Positions 1-8,456 of a DNA stretch of 51,339 bases are shown piece after piece. Position 1 is the stretch's first letter. Each line of letters begins with the position of its first letter. The notes beneath the pieces were generated by a model. It was not told where the DNA came from, ran no database searches, and saw only the letters and a list, made by a program, of their open reading frames with translations. The position numbers and the translations under genes are program-made. The stretch lies in the IMG/VR virus record IMGVR_UViG_3300021197_000064, positions 1 to 51,339 of that record; one strand, given 5' to 3'. This stretch comes from a virus (taxonomy: Duplodnaviria; Caudoviricetes).

Positions 1-2560
1 TATTATCAAATTTAAACTGAATTAACCCTGCATTATCGCCGTCAGCAGGACTACCCGAATCTCTTTGTAGCAACAAAACAGGGCCAGAGTTTGCATCAGC
101 GTCCGTTGACGAAAGGGTAAGCTGTGCGGTGTTATCGGCAGTCGTGATTGTGCAGCCGTCAGCAAAGGTTGCGCCAGCAGCAAACGTAGCACCTTGAGCA
201 TTATCCAAAGTTAGAGTGGTTGTTCCTGCTTCCTTAAAAAACAAAGAACGACCATCTGGATATACAAGGTTTAAATCATTGCCTGATGCGGTAGTGAACG
301 TACCTCCTGCTGCGGTTGCAAAGCTACTAGAACCAGTAACGGCTCCTGCAACAGTCAAAGTACTGGCCATATCTACAGCACCATCAATGTCTACAACATC
401 TAAGTTGGTGGTGCCGTCAACGTCTATGTCACCACTGATATCAAGACTGCTTGCTTCAATCTCACCACTTGCCTTGAAAATTACATTGTCACCACCAGAC
501 ACTTCAAAAATAATCTGATTGTCTGTGCTAAACTTAATTAGATTATCATCGTCTCTACCAATAACAAGACTAGTGTTTTTTACAGAATTAATCCCTGTCT
601 GTGCAGCGTCAACTGTAATGGTGAGATCAAACGGATCACCATCACTGCCAGTGGACGTGTCGGTAAAGTTGGTTGTTACGCCTGAACCAATGATCTTCAG
701 TTCTTTGGCGTTGTCAATTGTAACTTCTGTGCCATCATCGTCTTCAAGCTGGAAACTGTTAAAGCTACCTGCGTTGTTGTCTACGTATGCTTTGACAGAC
801 TGTTGTGTAGGAATAAGAGTTGCACTGTCAGATGACATGTCGTCTTCGTCAACAAATGCTGTAACTGTAATAGAACCATCAGACAAGCTACCAAATGTCA
901 TAGTGCCAGTGGTTGTTATAGCACTTGATCCGTTATTAATAGAACCAAATCCGCTGGTAATGCTACCACTGTTTAATGCACCTGTTGTAACAATGTTAGA
1001 ACTTCCTGCTGCTGGTGCTGCTGCTATATCAGACAACACTTCTGATGCGGAACGTCCTTCAATAGATGTACCGTCAATACGTAGGAAGTCATTATCGGCA
1101 GCACCGCTGGTAAACACAGGCAGGTTGCCATTAGATATACCAGTAGACAAAGTAGCTACTGTGGTAATTGCTGTGCCGTCTAGCGTGATTGCGTCAGCTT
1201 CCAGAGTACCATCAAAGTCTCCATCTACTGCGTCTATGTTACCTTTAAATATAGTTGATGTTATAGTGCCTGTACTTGGATTGTAGGTAAGATTACCATC
1301 CATTTCTAGGCCAACATTACCTGTGCTAGAAGTAGCACCCTCTACAAAAGTAATGAGGTTTTCTTCGTTTGTGCTTTCGTTGTCCGTTACTAAGACATGG
1401 GCAGAGTTGGTTGCATCAGTAACGGTCACACCTGCAATAACAGTATTTAGTGCTGTGCCATTTACAGTGATTGCATCAGCCTCAAGTGTACCATCAATGT
1501 CAGCATCACCAGATATATCCAAACTTGTAGCATCAACTTCACCAGCCACAGTAAGAACACCACTAGCGACAGTCATCAAGTCTGTGTCGCCCGTGTGTCC
1601 AATAGTTGATCCGTTAATAATTACATTGTCTACAGTCAAAGTTGTCAACGTGCCAACAGATGTTAGGTTTGGCATTGCTGTAATTTCGTCATCAAAATAG
1701 GCAGCTAAGTCAGTGACCGCCACCTGTTTCATAGTTCCAGCATCATTGAATACAACACGGTCTGCATCAGCTACAGTTGTAGAACTGGCAGTTGTATCAC
1801 CATCCATAATGTTTAATTCTGTTGTAGTGACCGTAGCACCATCAAGTATTTCTAGTTCTGTCTCTGATATCTCAGCACTACCAATTGTTAGTGTGCCAGA
1901 TATATCTACGTTACCATTAATGTCAATAGTGGTGGCATTAATTTCTATTTCTGTATCAGCCACAAAATCAAGAACACCATCTGCTGATTGATGAATGTAT
2001 GTTCCGCTATCACCAAATTGTAACTGTCTACTGCTATTTAATAGCAGCGCAGTATCAGCTACATGCGTTAGTGTTACATCATTGTCAACGCCAAAGCCTA
2101 ATACAGCAGCGTCACTATCTAATTTTAAATCATTACTAACAAGCACGGCTGTAGAGGCATTAATGTCTACTGTAGCCTCACCATCTATACGTAAAACTCC
2201 GTCAGATGATTGTTGTATAAAAGATGCAGTATCACCAAACTGTATTTTTTCTGTACTAGCTATAAGTATGTCATCCGAAAACTCAAAGTAGTCTTCGTCT
2301 TCCATCCACTTTAATTCACCGTCACTAGTTTCACCATCAAAGGTAATGGTAATATCTGTGCCAGCAGTACCCGCACCAAAGGTTAGTGTATTGCCAAGCA
2401 GTTTAGTAATAGGACCACCTTCAGCAGCAGTGCCATCATGCGTATGCCCTGTGCTGGCAGCAAATGCCGCAAGAATCTGATTAAACTCGTTGTTGGTGTG
2501 TGCGGCAGTAATAACGTCTCCGTCAGTGTAGGAGGACTGCCTAGTATAAGTATCACCCAT
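1..2560 (-). CDS. Tail fibre protein (3' end runs off the window)
   Basis: Not in the ORF track because the stop lies outside the window. ATG at 2560 directly follows the tail tube B stop. Translation MGDTYTRQSSYTDGDVITAAHTNNEFNQILAAF...GHTHDGTAAEGGPI, open to position 1, with T/D/G/S-rich beta-strand repeats (DIDGTLEADAIT-like twice, QQSVKAYVD). Confidence 0.85.
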   Translation of the reverse strand, partial: MGDTYTRQSSYTDGDVITAAHTNNEFNQILAAFAASTGHTHDGTAAEGGPITKLLGNTLTFGAGTAGTDITITFDGETSDGELKWMEDEDYFEFSDDILIASTEKIQFGDTASFIQQSSDGVLRIDGEATVDINASTAVLVSNDLKLDSDAAVLGFGVDNDVTLTHVADTALLLNSSRQLQFGDSGTYIHQSADGVLDFVADTEIEINATTIDINGNVDISGTLTIGSAEISETELEILDGATVTTTELNIMDGDTTASSTTVADADRVVFNDAGTMKQVAVTDLAAYFDDEITAMPNLTSVGTLTTLTVDNVIINGSTIGHTGDTDLMTVASGVLTVAGEVDATSLDISGDADIDGTLEADAITVNGTALNTVIAGVTVTDATNSAHVLVTDNESTNEENLITFVEGATSSTGNVGLEMDGNLTYNPSTGTITSTIFKGNIDAVDGDFDGTLEADAITLDGTAITTVATLSTGISNGNLPVFTSGAADNDFLRIDGTSIEGRSASEVLSDIAAAPAAGSSNIVTTGALNSGSITSGFGSINNGSSAITTTGTMTFGSLSDGSITVTAFVDEDDMSSDSATLIPTQQSVKAYVDNNAGSFNSFQLEDDDGTEVTIDNAKELKIIGSGVTTNFTDTSTGSDGDPFDLTITVDAAQTGINSVKNTSLVIGRDDDNLIKFSTDNQIIFEVSGGDNVIFKASGEIEASSLDISGDIDVDGTTNLDVVDIDGAVDMASTLTVAGAVTGSSSFATAAGGTFTTASGNDLNLVYPDGRSLFFKEAGTTTLTLDNAQGATFAAGATFADGCTITTADNTAQLTLSSTDADANSGPVLLLQRDSGSPADGDNAGLIQFKFDN

Positions 2561-4066
2561 TTATCTTCTCTCTCCTAGCTGATATTCTAACTGAAAACCT
2601 TTTAATGAGTATGGTGCTGTTTCTGCACTATCTTCTACTCTTAGTGCTATAGCAAACCCAGAACCCTCTACAGACTGTCTTACTAGCGGCTGTGATGCAC
2701 CACCGTAGATAGGTGTTCCATACACGGATGTTCCATATATAGCAACAACATCTTCAGAGTCTAGCGGGTAAGCTGCAGGTCTTGATGAGTTTGCTGATTC
2801 ATAGTCATATCTGACAATTAAATTAGAACTAATGGCGGCTTCAGGTTTGTAGTTTATAATAACCCTTTGCATGTGTTTTCTAATGCCGGGGTCAGCCAAA
2901 GTTAAGTCAGGACTTCTGTATCTTCCAAATACTACAGTGCCATCAAATGTATTACCAGATTCTTGTCTATACACATACCCTGTTTCATAAGCACCATGTA
3001 AAACAATTACATCACCTGCAGAAACAAAGTGATCTGTACTAGCTGGTTTTATTCCTTGAAGTTCTGAAAACTCAAACTTCTGTCCTTTTAGTACACATAT
3101 AATACCTTTTGTTACAGTTTCTGCTGTGCCTGACTTAGTAAAGAATATTCTGTACTGCGTTTTATCTGGAATAACTACAGAGTCAAACTCTGTTGCACTA
3201 CTAATGTTATCATTAAATATAGACTGTACATTGGAACTTATAGTTCCCAACTCCACGTCACCAATCCTTGCTGTACCTGCAATTGTACGCAACCCATCAG
3301 GGCCAAGAAATATAAGATCACCAGCAAATTCCTGAATAGTGTCGCCATTTATACAACCAATATCACGTGTAACAGGAACTATGACAAAGTTAGAACTTGA
3401 TGTACCACTTAGTTTAAATATACGAGTTTCACAAAAGATAAATAAATCTTCACGGAAAACTTTAAGTCCTGTTATAGTGTCGTCTACATTAATAGTGCCA
3501 GCACCAGAGCCGCTGCTAAAGGCATCTTCATCTGCTGGCTGACTAAATACTACAGTCTGTGGTATGGTAGACTTACCAGCATAAAACATATGGTTTTTAA
3601 ATGCTGCGACAAACTTAGCACCTGCTACGTCACTCTCGCTTACGTCTGTTGCAGCTAGAGAACTATTAAATACTGTAGGTGCATTTGCACCATCTACTAC
3701 TATTATCTTATCTGTGCCATCAAAGTTAAAGCGTTCAAAGTTATACTTACCTGCACTGGTCCTGCCGCTATCCCTACTTGTCCAAGAAGAACCACCGGGA
3801 GTTGCACTAAATATACTTGTTCCTCTAGCTGCTAAAACATTGCTACCAAACGTAGCTACCATAAGAACTTTTTCAGAAGTTGATGAAGTATGCGGCACTA
3901 CAGCAGATACGTATTTAGAGAACCCGTTGATCCTCCTATATCCACCCTCAATGTCAGGCTCAAAGTTACGCAGTTCTAATGCTTCACCCGGTTGCATCAT
4001 AAACGTAGAACGATTTAATATCAAACCGCCTTCGCAGTTAAATGCACTAGGTTGTACTGCTGACAT
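2561..4066 (-). CDS. Tail tubular protein B / nozzle (T7 gp12-like beta-propeller)
   Basis: 501 aa beta-rich protein (ITGLKVFREDLFIFC, DLIFLGPDGLR) between the adaptor and the fibre. Confidence 0.7.
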   Translation of the reverse strand: MSAVQPSAFNCEGGLILNRSTFMMQPGEALELRNFEPDIEGGYRRINGFSKYVSAVVPHTSSTSEKVLMVATFGSNVLAARGTSIFSATPGGSSWTSRDSGRTSAGKYNFERFNFDGTDKIIVVDGANAPTVFNSSLAATDVSESDVAGAKFVAAFKNHMFYAGKSTIPQTVVFSQPADEDAFSSGSGAGTINVDDTITGLKVFREDLFIFCETRIFKLSGTSSSNFVIVPVTRDIGCINGDTIQEFAGDLIFLGPDGLRTIAGTARIGDVELGTISSNVQSIFNDNISSATEFDSVVIPDKTQYRIFFTKSGTAETVTKGIICVLKGQKFEFSELQGIKPASTDHFVSAGDVIVLHGAYETGYVYRQESGNTFDGTVVFGRYRSPDLTLADPGIRKHMQRVIINYKPEAAISSNLIVRYDYESANSSRPAAYPLDSEDVVAIYGTSVYGTPIYGGASQPLVRQSVEGSGFAIALRVEDSAETAPYSLKGFQLEYQLGERR

Positions 4067-5001
4067 TAGTTAGCCCTTACGTTGCTAGAACTTCTTGAAT
4101 TACCTGTGTAGGGTATGTAGGTTGATCTGACATACTCAAATTTATTTACTAGGAGTGTCTGCATATTTTTAATGCCCTGCTCAAATCTAGCAAAAGCTAT
4201 ACCGTACTGTTGTGATTCGCCACGATACTGATATATGTAAGATACAGCACCATCTATAACTATAGGTGTAAATCTATCGGGTATGGATGTAGTATCTCCA
4301 TGTGCAGACAAGTCACTAGGAAAAGTAAAGTAATCATACTTTAAACTAAATGCTTTATCAGGATATGGATATAACAAATAGTTATTATCTAATGTTCTAA
4401 CTACAAAAGATGGAGCATCACCAGAATCAAACTGTGCTACTTGAACACCACTGGCATGTGTTGCAGCAGTTGTACTTTCTGCTCCACGAGTACAACCAGT
4501 AAGATCATTACCCAATATACCAGTATACGTTATAATTTCACTGCCTATATAAACTTTACCCGTAGAGTCAAAGCCTGTTGTTGATGTTAGTGTTAATGTT
4601 GTCACAGAACTTGAGTGTGAACCGTTTAGTGTTGTTGTGGTTACTTCATCTTCCTGTGTAATAAAATGATTTATATATTCATTGTAGTCTAGTTTATCTA
4701 ATCTGCCACCAGAAATGGCATTATCGCTATCCTTAACTATTCTAAATGTATTGTAGTCTACGGACTTAGCATCTGTTGGAATACTATAACGAACAGTACC
4801 CGGAACTAATGTTTCAGTTTTAGTAGAGTGATTAAATGGATAATTAAATTCACGTTGATTAATATAACGAATGGCTTCATTAACAGCGTTCTGTGCTTGA
4901 ACTTGAACACCACGTGCTGAAGTAAAATTAGCAGAAGTTAACTCTACTTCGTTTAATTTAACTAACACTTTATTTGTTAATGTAAGAAATGTCTCAGCCA
5001 T
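4066..5001 (-). CDS. Tail tubular protein A / head-tail adaptor, with inserted Thr-rich beta domain
   Basis: N-terminus FLTLTNKVLVKLNE...VNEAIRYIN and C-terminal YPYPD...IPDRF are typical of podovirus adaptors; position downstream of capsid genes. Confidence 0.7.
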   Translation of the reverse strand: MAETFLTLTNKVLVKLNEVELTSANFTSARGVQVQAQNAVNEAIRYINQREFNYPFNHSTKTETLVPGTVRYSIPTDAKSVDYNTFRIVKDSDNAISGGRLDKLDYNEYINHFITQEDEVTTTTLNGSHSSSVTTLTLTSTTGFDSTGKVYIGSEIITYTGILGNDLTGCTRGAESTTAATHASGVQVAQFDSGDAPSFVVRTLDNNYLLYPYPDKAFSLKYDYFTFPSDLSAHGDTTSIPDRFTPIVIDGAVSYIYQYRGESQQYGIAFARFEQGIKNMQTLLVNKFEYVRSTYIPYTGNSRSSSNVRAN

Positions 5002-5012
5002 TATCCATCCTT

Positions 5013-5046
5013 AAAAGAGTTGGGAGGGCAGCTTATGCCGCCCCCC
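5013..5046 (-). terminator. Rho-independent terminator after the capsid gene pair
   Basis: Minus strand GGGGGGCGGC-ATAA-GCTGCCCTCC followed by CAACTCTTTT, just after the 5054 stop. Confidence 0.6.
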
Positions 5047-5053
5047 GTATTAG

Positions 5054-5548
5054 TTATGCAAGTTGGTCACGGTCTACTTCGTCTGCACCGATTGAACCAA
5101 TGTCGTCAATGTCCATCAGAACAGCGTAACAACGTACCACACCTGCAGTAGTTGTACCTGTCATTGCTTGGAGCAGGATATCAATTGTATCTGCTGTTCC
5201 ACCTACAATTACAGGATTAAAGGCTGCTGCTTGTGGTGAGTAATCACCTGCTGATGCACCGTCAAAGTCAAAGCCGTCAACAAAGTTATCAACGTCACCA
5301 CCTGTCACACCAAAGTCAAATGCAGTATCGGTAGACGTACCTGCGTGAACAGTAGTCACCTCAAATCCTGCATGAAGGATTAGTGTGTTAGCTGGAACGG
5401 TAATAGCCTTAATAACATCAGATGCTGCAAGTGCAGTACCTTTGCTAGATGCGGCTGTCGCAAAATTGACAGAGTTCTGGACATAGTAAGGTTTACGACC
5501 ACGTGGCGTATTGCCAGTTTGGGCGATAGAAAGATCAACTGTTGCCAT
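5054..5548 (-). CDS. Virion structural protein (putative capsid decoration/cement)
   Basis: 164 aa beta-sandwich-like sequence directly after the MCP and before a terminator; GGGGGA RBS. Confidence 0.6.
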   Translation of the reverse strand: MATVDLSIAQTGNTPRGRKPYYVQNSVNFATAASSKGTALAASDVIKAITVPANTLILHAGFEVTTVHAGTSTDTAFDFGVTGGDVDNFVDGFDFDGASAGDYSPQAAAFNPVIVGGTADTIDILLQAMTGTTTAGVVRCYAVLMDIDDIGSIGADEVDRDQLA

Positions 5549-5562
5549 GATTTATTCCCCCC

Positions 5563-6630
5563 TTATATACCAGACACATAAAACGCACGAGAGAGAGCCT
5601 CTGGGCGTAGAATTTTGCGTCCATACAAATGCATACCACGAACGATATCAGCAAAGCTGTCAGGGTCACGGTATGTCTCAGTCTTGTTGATTTGCTCTGC
5701 AGTAGCTACTGAACCGCTATGACCAGAAACAATCACACCAAAGTGTGTTGAACCAGTTGCAGTTGCGCCAGTAGGACCATCGCCAATAGCAGGAAGGTTA
5801 TTAGAAACGTAAACCTTAAAGCCATGTACGTTGTTCAGAACAAGACCGTTCTGCAGACCTGAAGTCTGACCACCAAAGTCTGCATCCATGAGGCGTGAGT
5901 CTTCGTCACGCAGTAGTTCAGCAAACACAGGGTCAATTACAAGCCAGCGTCCTGAAGTCTCAACATTCTGTTGATCCATTTTACGAGCCATACGAGCAAT
6001 AACAGCGAGTGGAGTTGCGTTAGCAGTAGTAGTATTCAAGCTATCGCCACCAGCACGAGGCTTAACAACAATTGAGTTGCCACCTGTACCGCCGTTAAAG
6101 TCAGCAGCGTCTACCTGCATAGAGGCAAGCAATTCGTTTGACGCAGCAGTTGAAACAGCCTTCACACCGTTAGCGGTGGTGTTTGCTGTGTCAGGTGCGC
6201 TGTGAATTGCAGACTGCTTAAAGCCACACATATAACCTAGCACGTCTTGGTCAAACTGGTCTGACAGACGGTAAGCTGCACGGTTAGATGCGAGTTCTTG
6301 GAAGTTCACATGCGAGTGAGCCTCCTCAATATCATCTACCTTGAATGCAAAGTAGTTGGCCTTATCAATAAGCAGGGTAAACTGCTCATCGTCAAGGTCT
6401 TGAGGTTGGATAGTCTCGCCACGAGAGTAGGTCTTAACCGTAATCTCTGGCTCTTTGATAATGTTAACTTGGTCGCCCATGTTAGCAATCTCACCAAAGT
6501 AATCGTTATTGGTGATTGCCTCTACTACCGATGCCTTGCGGAATGCAAGTTGCACCTGTTTGGAGTAGATAATAGGGGAGAAGTTACCATTCGGCAGGTT
6601 GCCATAACCTGCTGCAGTGGAAAATGCCAT
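5563..6630 (-). CDS. Major capsid protein (HK97 fold)
   Basis: FSPIIYSKQV, TNNDYFGEI..GD.V.IIKEP, RDPDSFADIVRGMHLYGRKILRPEAL; AGGAG RBS. Confidence 0.92.
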   Translation of the reverse strand: MAFSTAAGYGNLPNGNFSPIIYSKQVQLAFRKASVVEAITNNDYFGEIANMGDQVNIIKEPEITVKTYSRGETIQPQDLDDEQFTLLIDKANYFAFKVDDIEEAHSHVNFQELASNRAAYRLSDQFDQDVLGYMCGFKQSAIHSAPDTANTTANGVKAVSTAASNELLASMQVDAADFNGGTGGNSIVVKPRAGGDSLNTTTANATPLAVIARMARKMDQQNVETSGRWLVIDPVFAELLRDEDSRLMDADFGGQTSGLQNGLVLNNVHGFKVYVSNNLPAIGDGPTGATATGSTHFGVIVSGHSGSVATAEQINKTETYRDPDSFADIVRGMHLYGRKILRPEALSRAFYVSGI

Positions 6631-6832
6631 TGTTATCTCCTATTATAGCATTATACAGATGCAAACCATTCCATCGTAATCACAGGGCTGACAACGTAGG
6701 GTGTGTATCTTGCAGCAGTGGCCGCTGCTACATTCAACAGGCCAAGTATATCAGGTAATCTATATTAGATTGGATGTTTGCGGATTGTGTAAAAGCAGGT
6801 AATTAATCTGCTTTCACCTCTTAGTACGTATA

Positions 6833-6860
6833 GTTATACTAATATTCTATTGTATGTCAA
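6833..6860 (-). promoter_or_regulatory. Sigma70-type promoter upstream of the capsid gene
   Basis: TTGACA-N16-TATAAC on the minus strand; the same -10 hexamer occurs at 22052, 28788 and 35023. Confidence 0.65.
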
Positions 6861-7519
6861 GTCTTTTTTTGTTTTTCTATCTCAAGAAAATTCAAGTTCA
6901 TACTGAAAGACCTGCGTTCACCTTTAGTAGTGAATGGATATACACAGTGGAACAGTTCAGAGGGGAAGATATAGAAGTCTCCTACCTGTGGTTTTACGAG
7001 AAAATTAGTGCTGTTATAACCTGATGATGTTCCATGTGCAAACTGAATATGACCATGAGAAGGGTGATGATCCTTGTAATCTTCTTCCCACTCATCCTCT
7101 ATGCCATCTGGCAATGCAAGGTAGCCTACGCAAGAAAGTTTAGCACCCGTATGAATATGCAACGGATTGTATTCATTTTCATACTGTCGTACAAACCAAG
7201 CAGAGATTACCTGCACACCATAGTCATACTTTTCAGTGTCTACGTTACGTGCGCCAAATGAGTTACGCAACTCGCTATAGGAGTGATACTGCCCAATAAA
7301 GTTGCTAAGACCCTTTGTAGCAATACCTGTAGCCTCTTCAGTAAACGCTAGTTCTTGTTTAACTTTCCCAACTAAATAGTCGGAATAGTCTTCTAGGTTG
7401 TCATCCATGCAGTTGTTTAGCCCGTCCACCATTTCCTGTGGCATTTTAAAGTAACCCATAGTAGGGCCAAACGGACTAATAAACTGTACGTCTTCTTTCG
7501 GAGTAAATATGTTGCTCAT
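6857..7519 (-). CDS. 2OG-Fe(II) oxygenase-like protein (TIGR02466-type)
   Basis: YNPLHIH...LSCVGYL...KPQVGDFYIFPSELFHCVYPF...ERRSFSMN: HxH...H triad and RxS motif. Confidence 0.8.
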   Translation of the reverse strand: MSNIFTPKEDVQFISPFGPTMGYFKMPQEMVDGLNNCMDDNLEDYSDYLVGKVKQELAFTEEATGIATKGLSNFIGQYHSYSELRNSFGARNVDTEKYDYGVQVISAWFVRQYENEYNPLHIHTGAKLSCVGYLALPDGIEDEWEEDYKDHHPSHGHIQFAHGTSSGYNSTNFLVKPQVGDFYIFPSELFHCVYPFTTKGERRSFSMNLNFLEIEKQKKT

Positions 7520-8382
7520 CGTGCTGATCCTGATACATCGTAGACAAACTTACCACTACGGATAGCTTCCATAATTTCGTCTGCCATCTTTTCGTATTGG
7601 GCTGGGTTCATCTTCTGTACTTGAGACTCACGCAGGTAGCTATCAGCTTCGCTATCTTGAGGCTTACTCCTTGCAGTTTTTGTTTTAACTGTCTCAGCAG
7701 CACTCTTATTATTCTTTTTCTTAGGTTCTTTGCTAATTCCTCTGTCTGCTTTATAGAGGTCAATTGCTCTTGCGGCTGATCTTGCGTCATTATCATTCTC
7801 ATATAGTGCGTCTTGTACCCACTTAGGCTGTTCGTCTGCCCACTCGTGGAAGTCATCGCTATCTCGTATCTCATCAAAGTCAGGATGTAGTTGCATTAAT
7901 GCTGCTTCAGCCTTTTCTTTGGTAGCAGAGTTTTGCATCTCATCAATTGTTTTAAGACGCTCTTCAAGTTCTGCAGACTGCTCACGTGCTTTCTTCATTG
8001 CAATTGTTTCTACTATAGCTGCAATGTCAGGATAGTCTCTTGCCCATTCTTCAATATCATCATCAGATTTAGGCAACTTCATTTCTTTTTTAGTAGCAGC
8101 AGAAAGTTGCGATTTTAGTTCTGCAAGTTCAGACTTAAACTCTTCTGCTTGTTTTTGTTGATGCCTACGTAAATCAGAGTAACGCTTCTTAAATGTTTTT
8201 TCTTCTGCGCCTTTGGGTTCTTCTTCAACCTCTTCTTCTACTTCACCTTTTTGTTCTTTAAGAAGTTGTTCTAGTTCTTCTTCATCTTTCTTATTGCGTT
8301 CCTCACTTGTGTAAGGACGTGCCATCATAGATACTTTTTTTGGTGTCTCTACCACCATTTCTTTTTGCTGTTCTTCAGCCAT
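7516..8382 (-). CDS. Capsid scaffolding protein
   Basis: Acidic coiled coil, FKKRYSDLRRH, HPDFDEIRDSDDFHEWA; located upstream of the MCP. Confidence 0.75.
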   Translation of the reverse strand: MAEEQQKEMVVETPKKVSMMARPYTSEERNKKDEEELEQLLKEQKGEVEEEVEEEPKGAEEKTFKKRYSDLRRHQQKQAEEFKSELAELKSQLSAATKKEMKLPKSDDDIEEWARDYPDIAAIVETIAMKKAREQSAELEERLKTIDEMQNSATKEKAEAALMQLHPDFDEIRDSDDFHEWADEQPKWVQDALYENDNDARSAARAIDLYKADRGISKEPKKKNNKSAAETVKTKTARSKPQDSEADSYLRESQVQKMNPAQYEKMADEIMEAIRSGKFVYDVSGSAR

Positions 8383-8456
8383 TGTTTAGTCTCCTTGTTG
8401 GGGCCACCGTAGCCACACTGTCGGGCGTGGGGGATGAGTAGCCAACATATTGTAGA

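Noticed and set aside
216-2291. Series of plus-strand ORFs (216, 519, 1323, 1713, 1995)
   Set aside because: Antisense shadows of the minus-strand tail fibre gene; Ser/Val-rich mirror composition and no RBS.
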